Assembly (NCBI GenBank): GCA_963799775.1
Contig: CAWCYD010000003.1
Coordinates: 1,992,128 to 2,056,127, forward strand
From: an uncultured archaeon
Lineage (GTDB): Archaea > Thermoproteota > Nitrososphaeria > Nitrososphaerales > Gagatemarchaeaceae
Length of the DNA stretch: 64,000 bases
Direction of reading: 5' to 3'
Shown piece after piece: positions 20,752-31,339 of the stretch (position 1 is the first letter of the stretch; every line of letters starts with the position of its first letter). The notes under the pieces were generated by a model that was given only the letters and a program-made list of their open reading frames with translations, did not search any database and was not told where the DNA came from. Made by a program: the position numbers and the translations under genes.

Positions 20752-20834
20752 CTGAGAATTTTTCTCGGCGAGTCGCGTTATAAGGCTAACTCGGATAGAT
20801 AGGATAAATATTCACGGAGCGAGCACAAAGCTCG

Positions 20835-23267
20835 TTGCCGGGGCCCGAGCCGACCAAGGGGCGTCCTGCGGTGAAGCGCTGGGTCGGCAAGTCGATCAAG
20901 ATCAAGGAGGACCGCAGATTTGTCCAGGGCAAGGGCCTCTACTCCGACGACATCAAGCTGGAGCCGTTGCTCCAGGCCGCCGTCCTCAGGAGCCCGCACG
21001 CGCACGCGAGGATCAAGAGCATCGACGTCTCAAAGGCCAAGAAGCTCAAGGGCGTCGTCACAACCCTCACAGGCCCGGAGCTCTCGAAGCTCACGGACCC
21101 GATGCCGAGCAGGACCGGCTATCCCATCAAGGAGTACGCGATGGCAGTCGAGAAGGCCGTCTACGCAGGCCAGCCCATAGTCGCGGTCGCGGCCGAGACG
21201 CGCGGGATTGCCGAGGACGCCCTGGACCTCATCCAGGTGGAGTACGAGCCCCTCCCTGCCGTCGTCGACCCCGAGGAGGCGATGAAACCCAACGCGCCCA
21301 GGATCTTCAAGGACGTGGAGAACAACACCTTCTTCTCGATAAAGCTGGAGTACGGGGACACCGCGAAGGCCTTCCGCGACGCCGACCTCGTCCTCAAGGA
21401 GCGCTTCTCGGTCCACAGGTATAGCTCGACGCCCCTCGAGCCGGACACGGTGGTGGCGCACTACGACAGGTCGCAGAACCTCCTCACCTACTACTGCAAC
21501 GCCACGGGCTCCGGCTACCTGAGGGCGCAGACCAAGGGCTTCCCGGTCAAGGATGTCAGGGTGAGGTTCGTGATCCCCGACATCGGAGGGACCTTCGGCG
21601 AGAGGTTCAGCGTCGCCCTGCAGGACATGACGATCGTCTCGCTCCTCTCCTGGAAGGCGGGCAAGGCAGTGAAGTATGTCAAAGACAGGCGGGAGATGCT
21701 GATGGCGGGGACGGAGGGCGCGAGGGACGCCGTCTACTACATGGAGATGGCGCTCAAGAAGGACGGCAGCATCCTCGGGCACAGGCTCAAAGACATCACG
21801 AACGAGGGAGGCTCCGCCTACTACGCCGGCTACTACAACACGATCAAGCTCACGAACATCACGGGCCTCTACAAGATGAAGAACGTCGCGCTCGACGCCT
21901 ACTCGGTCGCCACCAACAAGGGCCCCGGAGGGTCGAACCGGGGCCTGAGCAAGCCTCACATGGGCTTCATCCTCGAGAGGATGGTCGACCTAGCCGCGAA
22001 GAAGCTCGCGCTCGACCCGGCCGAGATCCGCCGCAGGAACCTCATCAGCGCAGACGAGCTTCCCTACCGCACCCCGAGCGGGAACGTCATCGACGCGGGC
22101 AACTTCCAGGAGCTGCTCGAGAAGGCCCTGAAGGCCGTCGACTACGAGGGGTGGAGGGCTAAGCAGAAGGCGCTCCGGAAGAAGGGCAGGCACATCGGGA
22201 TAGGCATCGCCTGCAACGTCGACCCAGGAGGCGCGAACCCAGGGAGGGAGCACATGGCCCGGGGCGGCTCGCGCGTCCCCGGCCAGAGGCTGACAGGCGC
22301 GACGGTCAGGATGGACCCGCTCGGGAAGGTCACGGTCCAGATCGCCGCGACGAACTGGGGGCAGAGCCACGAGACCACCACCTCACAGGTCGTGGCAGAC
22401 GAGCTCGGGGTCGCCCCGGACGACATCGAGGTCTCCTCCGTCTTCGACAGCTTCAGCAACCCGTGGTCGAGCCACTCGGGGACGGGCGCCGACAGCTTCA
22501 CCAGCGTGGACATGGGAGCGATAGTGGCCGCGTCGCGGAAGGTGAGGGCGAAGATCTTGAGGTTCGCCGCGATGCTCCTCGACGCAAGCCCCGATGACAT
22601 CCAGCTAGACGAGGGCAAGGCGTTCGTCGTGGGGGCACCCGACCGCTACGTCCCGATGGCAGACGTCGCCGCATCCGCCTACGACAGGGTGAGGGCCGAG
22701 ACGCTTCCCCCTGGTGTCGAGCCCGGCCTTCATGAGACTGCCTACTACTTCTACCCCTACGCGGACCTCCCCGACGAGAAGAAGAGGGTCTCGGCCCACA
22801 ACAACTACGGGAGCCAGGTCAACGTCGCCGTCGTCGAGGTGGACGTCGAGACCGGGAGGACCCACATCCTGAGATACGTCGTCACTCACGACGCGGGCAC
22901 CCTCATCAATCCGATGGTGGTTGAGGGGCAGATACACGGGCACGTCGCCCACATCGTCTCCGCCGCGCTGGGGGAGGAGATGGTCTGGGCCCCCGACGGG
23001 CAGATGCTCACCTCGACCTTCGCGGACTACATGAAGAACACGGCCGTCGACTCGCCGGACATAGAGGTCAGCCACTTGGAGTATCCATCGCCCTACACGG
23101 CAACCGGCGGGAAGGCTGTGGGCGAGGGACCGACCATCCCGGTCTTCCCGGCGGTGGCCAACGCCGTGGAAGACGCCCTCTCTGACTACGGCGTGAAGAT
23201 AACGGACCTCCCCCTTCTCCCCTCGAAGCTCTGGACCTTGATCCAGGCAAGCCGCGCCAAACGCTGA
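20835..23267 (+). CDS. xanthine-dehydrogenase-family molybdopterin large subunit (CoxL-like, not a CO dehydrogenase)
   Basis: RSPHAHARI, GGTFG, GQSHET, INPMVVEGQ and GKAVGEG motifs. The active-site loop reads SNRGLSK. Confidence 0.92.
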   Translation: MPGPEPTKGRPAVKRWVGKSIKIKEDRRFVQGKGLYSDDIKLEPLLQAAVLRSPHAHARIKSIDVSKAKKLKGVVTTLTGPELSKLTDPMPSRTGYPIKEYAMAVEKAVYAGQPIVAVAAETRGIAEDALDLIQVEYEPLPAVVDPEEAMKPNAPRIFKDVENNTFFSIKLEYGDTAKAFRDADLVLKERFSVHRYSSTPLEPDTVVAHYDRSQNLLTYYCNATGSGYLRAQTKGFPVKDVRVRFVIPDIGGTFGERFSVALQDMTIVSLLSWKAGKAVKYVKDRREMLMAGTEGARDAVYYMEMALKKDGSILGHRLKDITNEGGSAYYAGYYNTIKLTNITGLYKMKNVALDAYSVATNKGPGGSNRGLSKPHMGFILERMVDLAAKKLALDPAEIRRRNLISADELPYRTPSGNVIDAGNFQELLEKALKAVDYEGWRAKQKALRKKGRHIGIGIACNVDPGGANPGREHMARGGSRVPGQRLTGATVRMDPLGKVTVQIAATNWGQSHETTTSQVVADELGVAPDDIEVSSVFDSFSNPWSSHSGTGADSFTSVDMGAIVAASRKVRAKILRFAAMLLDASPDDIQLDEGKAFVVGAPDRYVPMADVAASAYDRVRAETLPPGVEPGLHETAYYFYPYADLPDEKKRVSAHNNYGSQVNVAVVEVDVETGRTHILRYVVTHDAGTLINPMVVEGQIHGHVAHIVSAALGEEMVWAPDGQMLTSTFADYMKNTAVDSPDIEVSHLEYPSPYTATGGKAVGEGPTIPVFPAVANAVEDALSDYGVKITDLPLLPSKLWTLIQASRAKR

Positions 23268-23285
23268 GCCGAGGAGCGGATTCTT

Positions 23286-24392
23286 TCAGTTCGCCATGGG
23301 CCTGATGGCCCGCGGAGGCACGTGCACGTAGATGTCCTCGCCGTCGCCAGCGACCGAATCCACCTCGAACTTGTGCTTCGTCACGATGATCTCTGCGTTC
23401 CCGACGCGGATCCTGTTGTCCGTGACGGCGCCCCTGTACTCCCTGGCCACTATCTTCCCGCTCAGCACGTTCTCCTTGTAGTCCGGCTTGACCTTGCTCA
23501 GGCCTATCTCGTTGCGCCTTATCACGACATAAGACACGTTGTCTGGCAGCTCTCCGTCGAACTGACAGACCAGCTCGACCCCCACGTCAGGCATACTGAG
23601 GGTGGCCATCCTTGTCGCCCTGTCTACGCTCTTGACCTCGGCCTTGAGGATGTTGCCCCGCCCGATGAACTCGGCGACAAAGAGGTTCGCGGGGGTCGCA
23701 TAGAGGCTCTCCGGCACGCCCTCCTGCTCGATTCTTCCATCGTGCATCAGGATGACCCTGTCGCAGATCACAAAGGCCTCCTCCTGGTCGTGGGTGACAA
23801 AGACGGTCGTTATCCCGATGCGTTTCAGGAGCTCCCTGAGCTCTCCCCGCACGCGCTCGCGCTCCTTCTGGTCCAGGTTGCTCAGCGGCTCGTCCAGCAG
23901 CAAGACCTTCGGCTGGTAGGAGATGCTCCTCGCGAGCGCGACCCTCTGCTGCTGGCCCCCGCTAAGCTGTGAGGGGTATCGGTGTTCAACCTCGGTGAGC
24001 CCCACGAGCCCGAGCGCGTCCGCCACCCTCCTCGCCTTGTCCTGCCTTGAGAACCCCTTCAGGCAGTACTCGATGTTCTGCTTGACCGTCATGTGGGGCC
24101 AGAGAGCGTAGTTCTGGAAGACGAACCCAAGGAGCCGCTTCTCAGGAGGCACGAAGACCTTCTCCTTCGGCGAGCTCACGGTCGTCCCGTCGAGCACGAT
24201 CTTTCCGGCGTCTATCTCTTCCAGACCGGAGATGCTGCGAAGGACCGTGGTCTTGCCGCATCCGCTCGGGCCAAGCAGCCCCAAGATTTCTCCGTCGCCG
24301 ACCGAGAAGCTGACACCGTCGACTGCCGTCACGCCTCCGAAGCGCTTCACGAGCTCCTCGACTTGGATCTTCGGAGCCCCCTTACCTGACAC
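23286..24392 (-). CDS. ABC transporter ATP-binding protein (PotA/FbpC family)
   Basis: GPSGCGKTT, LSGGQQQRVA and LLLDEPLSNLD motifs. Confidence 0.95.
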   Translation of the reverse strand: MSGKGAPKIQVEELVKRFGGVTAVDGVSFSVGDGEILGLLGPSGCGKTTVLRSISGLEEIDAGKIVLDGTTVSSPKEKVFVPPEKRLLGFVFQNYALWPHMTVKQNIEYCLKGFSRQDKARRVADALGLVGLTEVEHRYPSQLSGGQQQRVALARSISYQPKVLLLDEPLSNLDQKERERVRGELRELLKRIGITTVFVTHDQEEAFVICDRVILMHDGRIEQEGVPESLYATPANLFVAEFIGRGNILKAEVKSVDRATRMATLSMPDVGVELVCQFDGELPDNVSYVVIRRNEIGLSKVKPDYKENVLSGKIVAREYRGAVTDNRIRVGNAEIIVTKHKFEVDSVAGDGEDIYVHVPPRAIRPMAN

Positions 24393-24527
24393 GTCGGTTT
24401 CATCGAAGTCGTCTCAGTATATAATTCGAGCGACTCCGAAGTTTGCTGACCCGTTCCCCTCCGGAAAATCTGGTTAGGATAATGCGAACTGAAGGGATAA
24501 GTAGTTCACGAGGGATTTCGAGCCATA

Positions 24528-25832
24528 ATGTATAGACGGTCAGGGGTCTCTCAAACTGTCACAGCTCTTGCTGTCGTGGTGATTATTCTCGCAGCCGCAG
24601 CGGCGTACGCGTTTTCGCGTTCCGGCGGGACCACGACTTCGACGGTGACGTCCTCTATCACCGGGACAGGTTCGACGGCGACCGTGACCTCGACCGCCAC
24701 GTCCGTCTCAACCTCAACCGCGACATCAACGTCGACGGCGACGGCGACCTCGGTGTCCACGACGACCGCGACTACCACGGCCACGTCGACCACGACGGCG
24801 ACCTCGACTACTACCGCGACCTCGACCACCACGCAGCTCCAGGACCTGGCGACCGCCGCTCAGGCTGAATGCGCCAGCGCGGGGTCCAACTGCCTCACGA
24901 TCCTGACCACGCAGTCCGCCACCAACTGGGCTAACTGCTACGGTCCGTCATTCTACGCCACGTATCCCTGGGCCAACGGCAAGGTGACCTACACGAGCCT
25001 CTCCACAGCCGCGGAGACCACACAGCTGATATCAAACTATCAGGCCCACTCCGTCCAAGCTGACATCGCAACCGGCACTTTGGCAGGCTTGGAGCCCGCC
25101 ATAGCGGCAGGGACTGTGATTAACTACACGACTCCCCAACTCGCCCTGATGAACTACTCGTCGACCGCGTATGGGCCAAACTGGATCACAACCAACATCG
25201 CCATTGTGCACTTGATCTACAACCCGACGGTGATGAAGGCGGACAACCTCCCCATACCGACGAGCTGGGCTGCCTTGGCGAACCCCGTCTACAAGAACCA
25301 GATAGCCTTCCAGACGGCGACCGCTCTGGGCATAACGACGGCTGAGTTCTACTACCTGTCCACCACGATGACCAACTCGAGCTGGACGACCCTGATGCAG
25401 GGCATCGCCGCGAACAACCCGAAAATCGAGCAGACGGCCGGCAACGCAGAGCAGGACGTCATAAGCGGGCAGGATGCCCTGGGGGTCGCCACCTTCGACG
25501 ACTATGTCTCTGACCTAAAGGGCGGCGTGAGCCCGACCCAGCTCGCGTTCGACGACATCGAGCCGATCGTCTACACGCCGGGAGTGGTCACGATAACGGC
25601 CGGAGCGCCCCACCCTAACATGGCGAAGCTGTTCGAGGCCTGGTACATCTCAATCCCCGGCCAGCTGGGCGTGCTGTGCACCAACCACGACCCATACCAG
25701 TCTCAGCTCTCGGGCAATCTCCTGACGTATCTGCCGTCTGACTACAGGCTCACGAACGCATACGTGAACACGGCGCTCCTCACGGACACGGCCAACTGGA
25801 GTCAGCTGTTCAAGAACATCTTCGGCGCCTAG
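24528..25832 (+). CDS. ABC substrate-binding protein (AfuA/FbpA cluster), class III signal peptide, long Thr-rich linker
   Basis: MYRRSG|VSQ followed by a TM helix. IYNP, PTSWAALANP and APHPNMAKLF motifs. Confidence 0.87.
   Translation: MYRRSGVSQTVTALAVVVIILAAAAAYAFSRSGGTTTSTVTSSITGTGSTATVTSTATSVSTSTATSTSTATATSVSTTTATTTATSTTTATSTTTATSTTTQLQDLATAAQAECASAGSNCLTILTTQSATNWANCYGPSFYATYPWANGKVTYTSLSTAAETTQLISNYQAHSVQADIATGTLAGLEPAIAAGTVINYTTPQLALMNYSSTAYGPNWITTNIAIVHLIYNPTVMKADNLPIPTSWAALANPVYKNQIAFQTATALGITTAEFYYLSTTMTNSSWTTLMQGIAANNPKIEQTAGNAEQDVISGQDALGVATFDDYVSDLKGGVSPTQLAFDDIEPIVYTPGVVTITAGAPHPNMAKLFEAWYISIPGQLGVLCTNHDPYQSQLSGNLLTYLPSDYRLTNAYVNTALLTDTANWSQLFKNIFGA
24630..24835 (+). repeat. 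degenerate Thr/Ser/Ala low-complexity repeat (TTTATS-like units) encoding the linker
   Basis: Repeated acN-acN-acN-gcN-acc-tcg units. Confidence 0.7.
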
Positions 25833-25916
25833 CCCGCGAGACGGCCCGGTGAGCTGCCCAAGTTGACGACCGGCGACCGGGCCACCGCGCTCTTTTAGCG
25901 TCGGCCTGGACTAGGG

Positions 25917-27622
25917 GTGTCTGGGCGAGGGATGTACAAGAGCAAGCTGCTCATAGTCGTCGTCACCGCCGTATTCCTCCTCCTGCTCATCCCCGTCTTC
26001 GCGCTCCTCGTCGGGCTCTCCCTCTTCCCGTCGCTTGGCACGACTACCTACTCGCTCGTGGGCTACCTCACGTTGCCCAGCACCCTCTCGGTCGTCGAGA
26101 GCACTCTCGAGTTCAGCATAGTGAGCGCCGTCTTCACGACGATCTTCGCGGTCAACTACGCCTGGTTCATCGCGCGGACGGACGTGTATGGCAAGCGATT
26201 CCTCGAGCTCCTCCCCGTCCTCGGGCTCAGCGTGCCTCTGCTGTTCAAGGCCTTCGCGTGGTCCTATCTACTCAACCCGAACGCGGGGATAATCAACGTC
26301 ATCCTCAACCACATCCTGGGTCGTGGGGTCCTAAACTTCGACATCTACTCCATGGCGGGGCTGATCTTCGCCCAGTCCTTCACCAACGTTCCGCTCGCCT
26401 ATCTCGTGATCCTGCCGGCGATGAAATCAATGGACTCCAACCTGGAGGAGGCCTCGAGGATAGCCGGAAAGGGGATCCTCGCGACCTTCAGGGACGTGAC
26501 CTTCCCGATCCTCAGGCCTGCGATATTCTCGGCTTTCGTGCTCGCCATCATCGGCGGTGTGGGGACACTCGAGTTCCCGTACCTCCTAGGGCTCCCGGGG
26601 CGCGTCCACGTCCTTGCGACGGATGGTCCTCTTCTGGACCCAGGAGCGTGTCCCTCCGGCTCTACGGGACCGCGGCCGAGGTCAGCGTCCTCTACGCCCT
26701 CGTCACCTTGGTCGCGGTGACCATCTACATCTGGTCGACGAGGCGAGCGTTCAGATTCCAGGTCGTGACAGGACGCTCCGGCTCTCACAGCGTCCAGAAG
26801 CTCGGCCGCATGAGGTATCTGGCCCTCCTCATCTGCTTTGGCATAGTCTTCTTCGAGTTCATCCTCCCGTTCCTCACCCTCTTCCTCATGTCCATCAGCA
26901 ACATCTACGGAAGCCAGCTGGTAAACCTCAAGCTCAATTTTCCAAGCGCATACATCAACGCTCTTGAGATCCCCGGGCTCTTCTCGTCCCTCCAGACCTC
27001 GATAGAGTTCGGGGTCATCGCCGCGACGGTGGCCACCATCGTCGGGTCTCTGCTGTCATACGCCGCCTACAAGGTCAAGTCCCGGGGCGCGAGGCTGGCT
27101 GAATACATCTCGGCTCTGCCTCTCGCCTTCCCGGGAGTCGTCTACGGCGTCGCCCTTTTCTGGACCTTCCTCCTCGTCCCTGGGCTCCACCTCATCTACG
27201 GGACAATCTGGCCTCTCGTGATATCGCTGGTCTTCATCCGGCTTCCATTCTCCACGAGGATAGTCTCTGGGAACATGGTCCAGGTCTCAAACGAGCTCGA
27301 GGAGGCCTCTCAGGTGAGCGGGTCGGGGTTCCTAAGGACCTTCACGAGGATACTACTCCCACTCACACGCACCGGCCTCTTCAACAGCTTCGTCTACACT
27401 TTCATCGACTCGCTCAGGGAGCTCGGCGGGGTCATCCTCCTCGCTACCGCGCAGAGCATGACATTCACGGTGCTACTCCTCCACTTCTACAACACTGCGA
27501 CGCTCTTCAGCGACATCAACGTCGTCGCGGCCGCTGCTGTGATGTTCACGGGGATGATCGGACTCTTCCTAACGCTAGGTGCCATCTTCCTGCACTTTTG
27601 GGGCAGGAAACGGGGAATCTGA
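25917..27622 (+). CDS. Fe3+/AfuB-type ABC permease (frameshift ~26620)
   Basis: LEEASRIAG and LEEASQVSG EAA loops in two overlapping ORFs; paralog of 5039..6766. Confidence 0.87.
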
Positions 27623-27723
27623 CTGGACTCTTTCAGGTTCTCTGATGACCTTTAGTTTGCCGGCGACTCCCCGGGAAGGCATATCTATCTACGTGGCCTC
27701 ACACAGAATCGGGGAGACGATTC

Positions 27724-28708
27724 ATGAGCTCTAGAGACCCCGTCAAGAAGGCCAAGAAAGAAGGGCGGGCCTGGTCTTCGGCACGGTCGAGATCGACGAG
27801 TTCGCGGGCTGGAAGAAAGCATTCGAGAAGAAGTACCCGGGCATCGAGATAGAGTACCAGCGGAGGTACGTCCCCGGCGACCCCGCCTCCGATGGCCCAG
27901 AAGATAATGGACGACACCAAGGCCGGGAAAGAGACCGCCGACGCGGTCATAGTCGCCGTCCCTCCGCTGCTCCAATTCAAGGCCCTAGGCCTCCTCTCGA
28001 GGATGAAGTCGAAGGAGATGGCGGCTTACCCGCCCTTCTCCCGCCAGCCCCAAGGATACTGGTTCCCGATAGTCTCGATAGGCATGATACAGGTCTACAA
28101 CCCGAAGCTCGTCGGGAAGAATGAACCTGCCCAAGACCGCCCTCGACCTCGCAGATCACAAGTGGAAGGGGGCCATAGTGGCCCACGACCTGAGCATCGG
28201 GACCCTCGGGGCATACTGGCTGGCGTCCCTGCGGCCCATACTCGGCGAGAAGAAGTGGCGCAAGCTGGTCGAGGGCCTCGCCAAGAACAAGCCCAAGCTC
28301 TTCCCCCTCTACGACACGGTTGTCGACTCGGTTTGCAACGGCGAGTCGAAGATAGGTCTGACAGTCCTGCTCCACGACTACGTCAAGGCCAAGGAGGCCA
28401 AGCGCGACATCCAGCGCCTCAAGCTCAAGGACGTCCCCACAATGCTGACGTTCAACGCCATCGCGAAGACGTCCAAGGGAAGGCACCCCGCCTCGACCCA
28501 GCTGATAATCGACTACCTCCTCTCGAAGGAAGGCCAGGAGAAGATAGGCAGCACCTACATCAGAATACCGACGAGGAAGGGCGTGCGCTCTCCGTACACC
28601 ATCGACAAGCTGGCGCCGAAGGAGAAGCTCGTCGGTTTCCCCAGCGAGGATATGCTACGCGACGCTCCGGACTCGATAGCGACGCTCGCCAAGCTCTTCG
28701 CGCATTAG
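27724..28708 (+). CDS. AfuA-fold binding protein lacking a signal peptide (frameshifts ~27770, ~27880 and ~28125)
   Basis: Reconstructed as MSSRDPVKKAKKEG..VFGT...FEKKYPGIEIEY...ADAV...VYNPKLV...LPKTALDLADHKWKG...HPASTQLIIDYLLSKEGQ. Confidence 0.78.
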
Positions 28709-28737
28709 CGCCAGGGAACTCGCGGCTCTGGCCGAGG

Positions 28738-29727
28738 CTACGGAAGCCCGACAGACTTGTACTTCTCGATCAGGGAGTGCGGGGAGAAGGCGTCCTTGAC
28801 TCCGCGCTCGTCTGGGAAGTACTTCATCGCGGTCGTCGGGTTCTTGAACTCGGTGTTGTACTTCATCGTCGCTCCCGGCCTGGTCGGGATCAGGCCCTCG
28901 TAGAGCTTGCCCATGCTGTTCTGCCACTCGGCGGAGAGAAGGTGATTGATGAACCTCTCGGCGTTGTTCTGGTGCCTCCCTCCCTTGACGATTCCAATGC
29001 TTCTCATGCTGGCCGTCTTGGGGACGTCAGACAGGTTGAGGGTCTCGACCTCCCAGCCGACCTTGATCAGCGGGAGAGGCAGCCCTATCGCGTAGCTTCC
29101 CCTGGAGACGTACTTCTGCATGTTGTGGTAGCAGGCGAAGACCGCGGGCTGCGTGTTCTTGAGGAAGGCCTTTACGAACTCGTCCCACTTCTTCTCCCCG
29201 ATCAGCTGGAGAAGGGTCGCGAAGTAGAAGAAGGAGTACATCCCGTCGGACCAGTCCTGGGTCGACTGCATGGAGACCAGCCCCTTTAGCCCCGGGTTGG
29301 TGAGGTCCCACAGCTTGTTCGGGACGAGCTTGGGATCGAGGAACTGGCGGTTGTAGATGAAATTCGTGGGCTCGACCGCGATGGCCGACCACATCCCATC
29401 TTTGTCCTTGAACATGGGGTCGTAGGCCTTGAGCTCTGGAGAGCGATATTCGCGGAGGTGCCCCGATTGCTTCAGCATCAGCGTCGTGTAGTGCGGGAGC
29501 ATCACCACGTCGGCGGTCGGGATGCCGTACTTCACCTCAGCCCTGACCTTCTCGACCACCTCTACCGGATGGGCCGCGTAATAGGTCAGGTCTATGTCGA
29601 GGCCGTAGTATGCATGGCGAAACTGAGTGAGGAAATCGAAAAAGGTCTTGTGGAACGGGCCATACACGATCAGCTCGTTCTCGTTTCCGTGCTTCTTGGC
29701 CTCTACCTGCTCGGGATGTACCTGCAT
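28738..29727 (-). CDS. AfuA-fold binding protein lacking a signal peptide
   Basis: ADVVM, YRSPE, IYNR, PNKLWDLTNP and NNAERFINHLLS motifs. ATG at 29727 lies about 30 nt below a TATA box. No hydrophobic N-terminus. Confidence 0.8.
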   Translation of the reverse strand: MQVHPEQVEAKKHGNENELIVYGPFHKTFFDFLTQFRHAYYGLDIDLTYYAAHPVEVVEKVRAEVKYGIPTADVVMLPHYTTLMLKQSGHLREYRSPELKAYDPMFKDKDGMWSAIAVEPTNFIYNRQFLDPKLVPNKLWDLTNPGLKGLVSMQSTQDWSDGMYSFFYFATLLQLIGEKKWDEFVKAFLKNTQPAVFACYHNMQKYVSRGSYAIGLPLPLIKVGWEVETLNLSDVPKTASMRSIGIVKGGRHQNNAERFINHLLSAEWQNSMGKLYEGLIPTRPGATMKYNTEFKNPTTAMKYFPDERGVKDAFSPHSLIEKYKSVGLP

Positions 29728-29820
29728 TACGAACGATAACTCGGCAGCCGAGGACAATATAAGCCTTGATTTAGAATCATTCTCACAAGAAGCCCCCGAT
29801 TCGAAAGGGCAGACGATTGC

Positions 29821-31311
29821 TCAGGCCGGTTCCTCCTCGAGCGATGTCGCCCTCGAATCTTCCCCCGAGATTCTACGGCTGCCCCTCAGAGCCGAGGGGA
29901 TTATCGCGAGGAGGCAAAAGGCGGCCGAGACGAGAAAGACGACGTGGATCCCCTGGACGTAGTCCCCTGCGAAGGCCGCCCCTCCGCCCGGATACGCCCC
30001 CGCGAACATGTCGTCAAGGGCTACGATGGGGACCACGAAGGACATGATTACGAACGCCAGGCTCCTGCTCACGCTGTTCCCAACGTTGATGAGCGTCGTG
30101 CTGATCCCGGCGGCGAGCCCCCTGTCCTCTGCAGGGACGGCGCTCATTACGGAAGCCCGGTTGGGCGGGGCGAACGTCCCCATCCCGGCGCCTGTGATCA
30201 TGAGCGGGATCGCTAGCTGCCAGAACGTTACGACGGAGGGTAGCTGGCTGAGCATCAAGAGGCCCACAGCGGTCGCGACCAGGCCGAGGGTGGCGACCGC
30301 ACGCGGACCCGTTCTGTCCGAGAGATACCCGCCGAGCGGGCCGAAGAGCGCGATTGCAGCGGTGTTCGGGAACAAGAACAACCCCGCCTCGAAGGGGCCG
30401 AGGTTCATGTTGGGGCCTTGGAGGTAGAAGACTAGGACGAGGAGGACGCACCCCCTTGCCAGCGAGTTCAGGAGGATGGCGACCGTCCCCGCGGCGAAGA
30501 GCCTGATGCGGAACAGCGACAGCTTGAGCATGGGGTCGGGCACCCTGGTCTCGATGAAGACGAAGGCGAAGAGGATGGCCATCCCGGTGCCGGCCAGCCC
30601 GAGGGTCACCAGCCTGTCGAGGCCCGAGACGGCGAAGAGCGAGATCCCCGCCAGGAGCAAGAACAGCCCGACGGCGAAGGCGATGTTGCCGGGGACGTCC
30701 AGCTTCTGCCCCTTCCTCCTCGTGGACTGCTCCTTCAGCTGATAGTGCGCCCAGATCGTCGCGGCGATGCCGATGGGCACGTTGACCCAGAATATCGACC
30801 TCCACCCGGCGGCCGAGGTCAGGAACCCGCCCGCGACGAGTCCCATCACGGACCCGCCGGAGACCGCGATGGCGTTGATGCCGAGGGCCCTGCCTCGCTC
30901 GCCGAAGGGGAACGCGTCGGTGATTATCGCCGTGCTGTTCGAGAAGAGAAGGGCGGCGCCCAGCCCCTGGACCATCCTGAAGACCACAAGCTGCAGGCCG
31001 TCCTGAGACAGGCTGCAGAGAGCGGAGCTAGCCGTGAAGACCGCGAACCCAAGGGTGTAGAGCTTGACGCGCCCGAACATGTCGCTCAGCCTCCCAAAGT
31101 TCACGAGGACAGCGGCGATGACCAGCTGGTAGCCTACGAGGACCCAGATCAGGTCGAACGGAGACGAGTTGGGTAGATCCTTCCCTATGGTCGGGAGCGC
31201 GATGAGCACGATGCTCACGTCGATGGCGGACATGGCGGCCCCGAGCGTGGTGTTGGTGAGGGCGACCCACTTGTATTGAATGCCTCTACCAAGCTTACTC
31301 GACGTGCTCAT
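29821..31311 (-). CDS. MFS transporter, DHA2/EmrB-QacA family (paralog of 15801..17318)
   Basis: GRLSDMFGRVK, RMVQGLGAA and GWRSIFWVNVPIG motifs. Confidence 0.92.
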   Translation of the reverse strand: MSTSSKLGRGIQYKWVALTNTTLGAAMSAIDVSIVLIALPTIGKDLPNSSPFDLIWVLVGYQLVIAAVLVNFGRLSDMFGRVKLYTLGFAVFTASSALCSLSQDGLQLVVFRMVQGLGAALLFSNSTAIITDAFPFGERGRALGINAIAVSGGSVMGLVAGGFLTSAAGWRSIFWVNVPIGIAATIWAHYQLKEQSTRRKGQKLDVPGNIAFAVGLFLLLAGISLFAVSGLDRLVTLGLAGTGMAILFAFVFIETRVPDPMLKLSLFRIRLFAAGTVAILLNSLARGCVLLVLVFYLQGPNMNLGPFEAGLFLFPNTAAIALFGPLGGYLSDRTGPRAVATLGLVATAVGLLMLSQLPSVVTFWQLAIPLMITGAGMGTFAPPNRASVMSAVPAEDRGLAAGISTTLINVGNSVSRSLAFVIMSFVVPIVALDDMFAGAYPGGGAAFAGDYVQGIHVVFLVSAAFCLLAIIPSALRGSRRISGEDSRATSLEEEPA

Positions 31312-31339
31312 CTCTCTGAGCTAAGGCGACCGGCATGGG

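Noticed and set aside
20835-23267. Aerobic CO dehydrogenase
   Set aside because: The active-site loop is SNRGLSK, not AYxCSFR or AYxGAGR, and there are no coxDEFG accessory genes.
24630-24835. CRISPR-like or minisatellite array
   Set aside because: It is a degenerate codon-level Thr/Ser linker with no conserved repeats separated by unique spacers.
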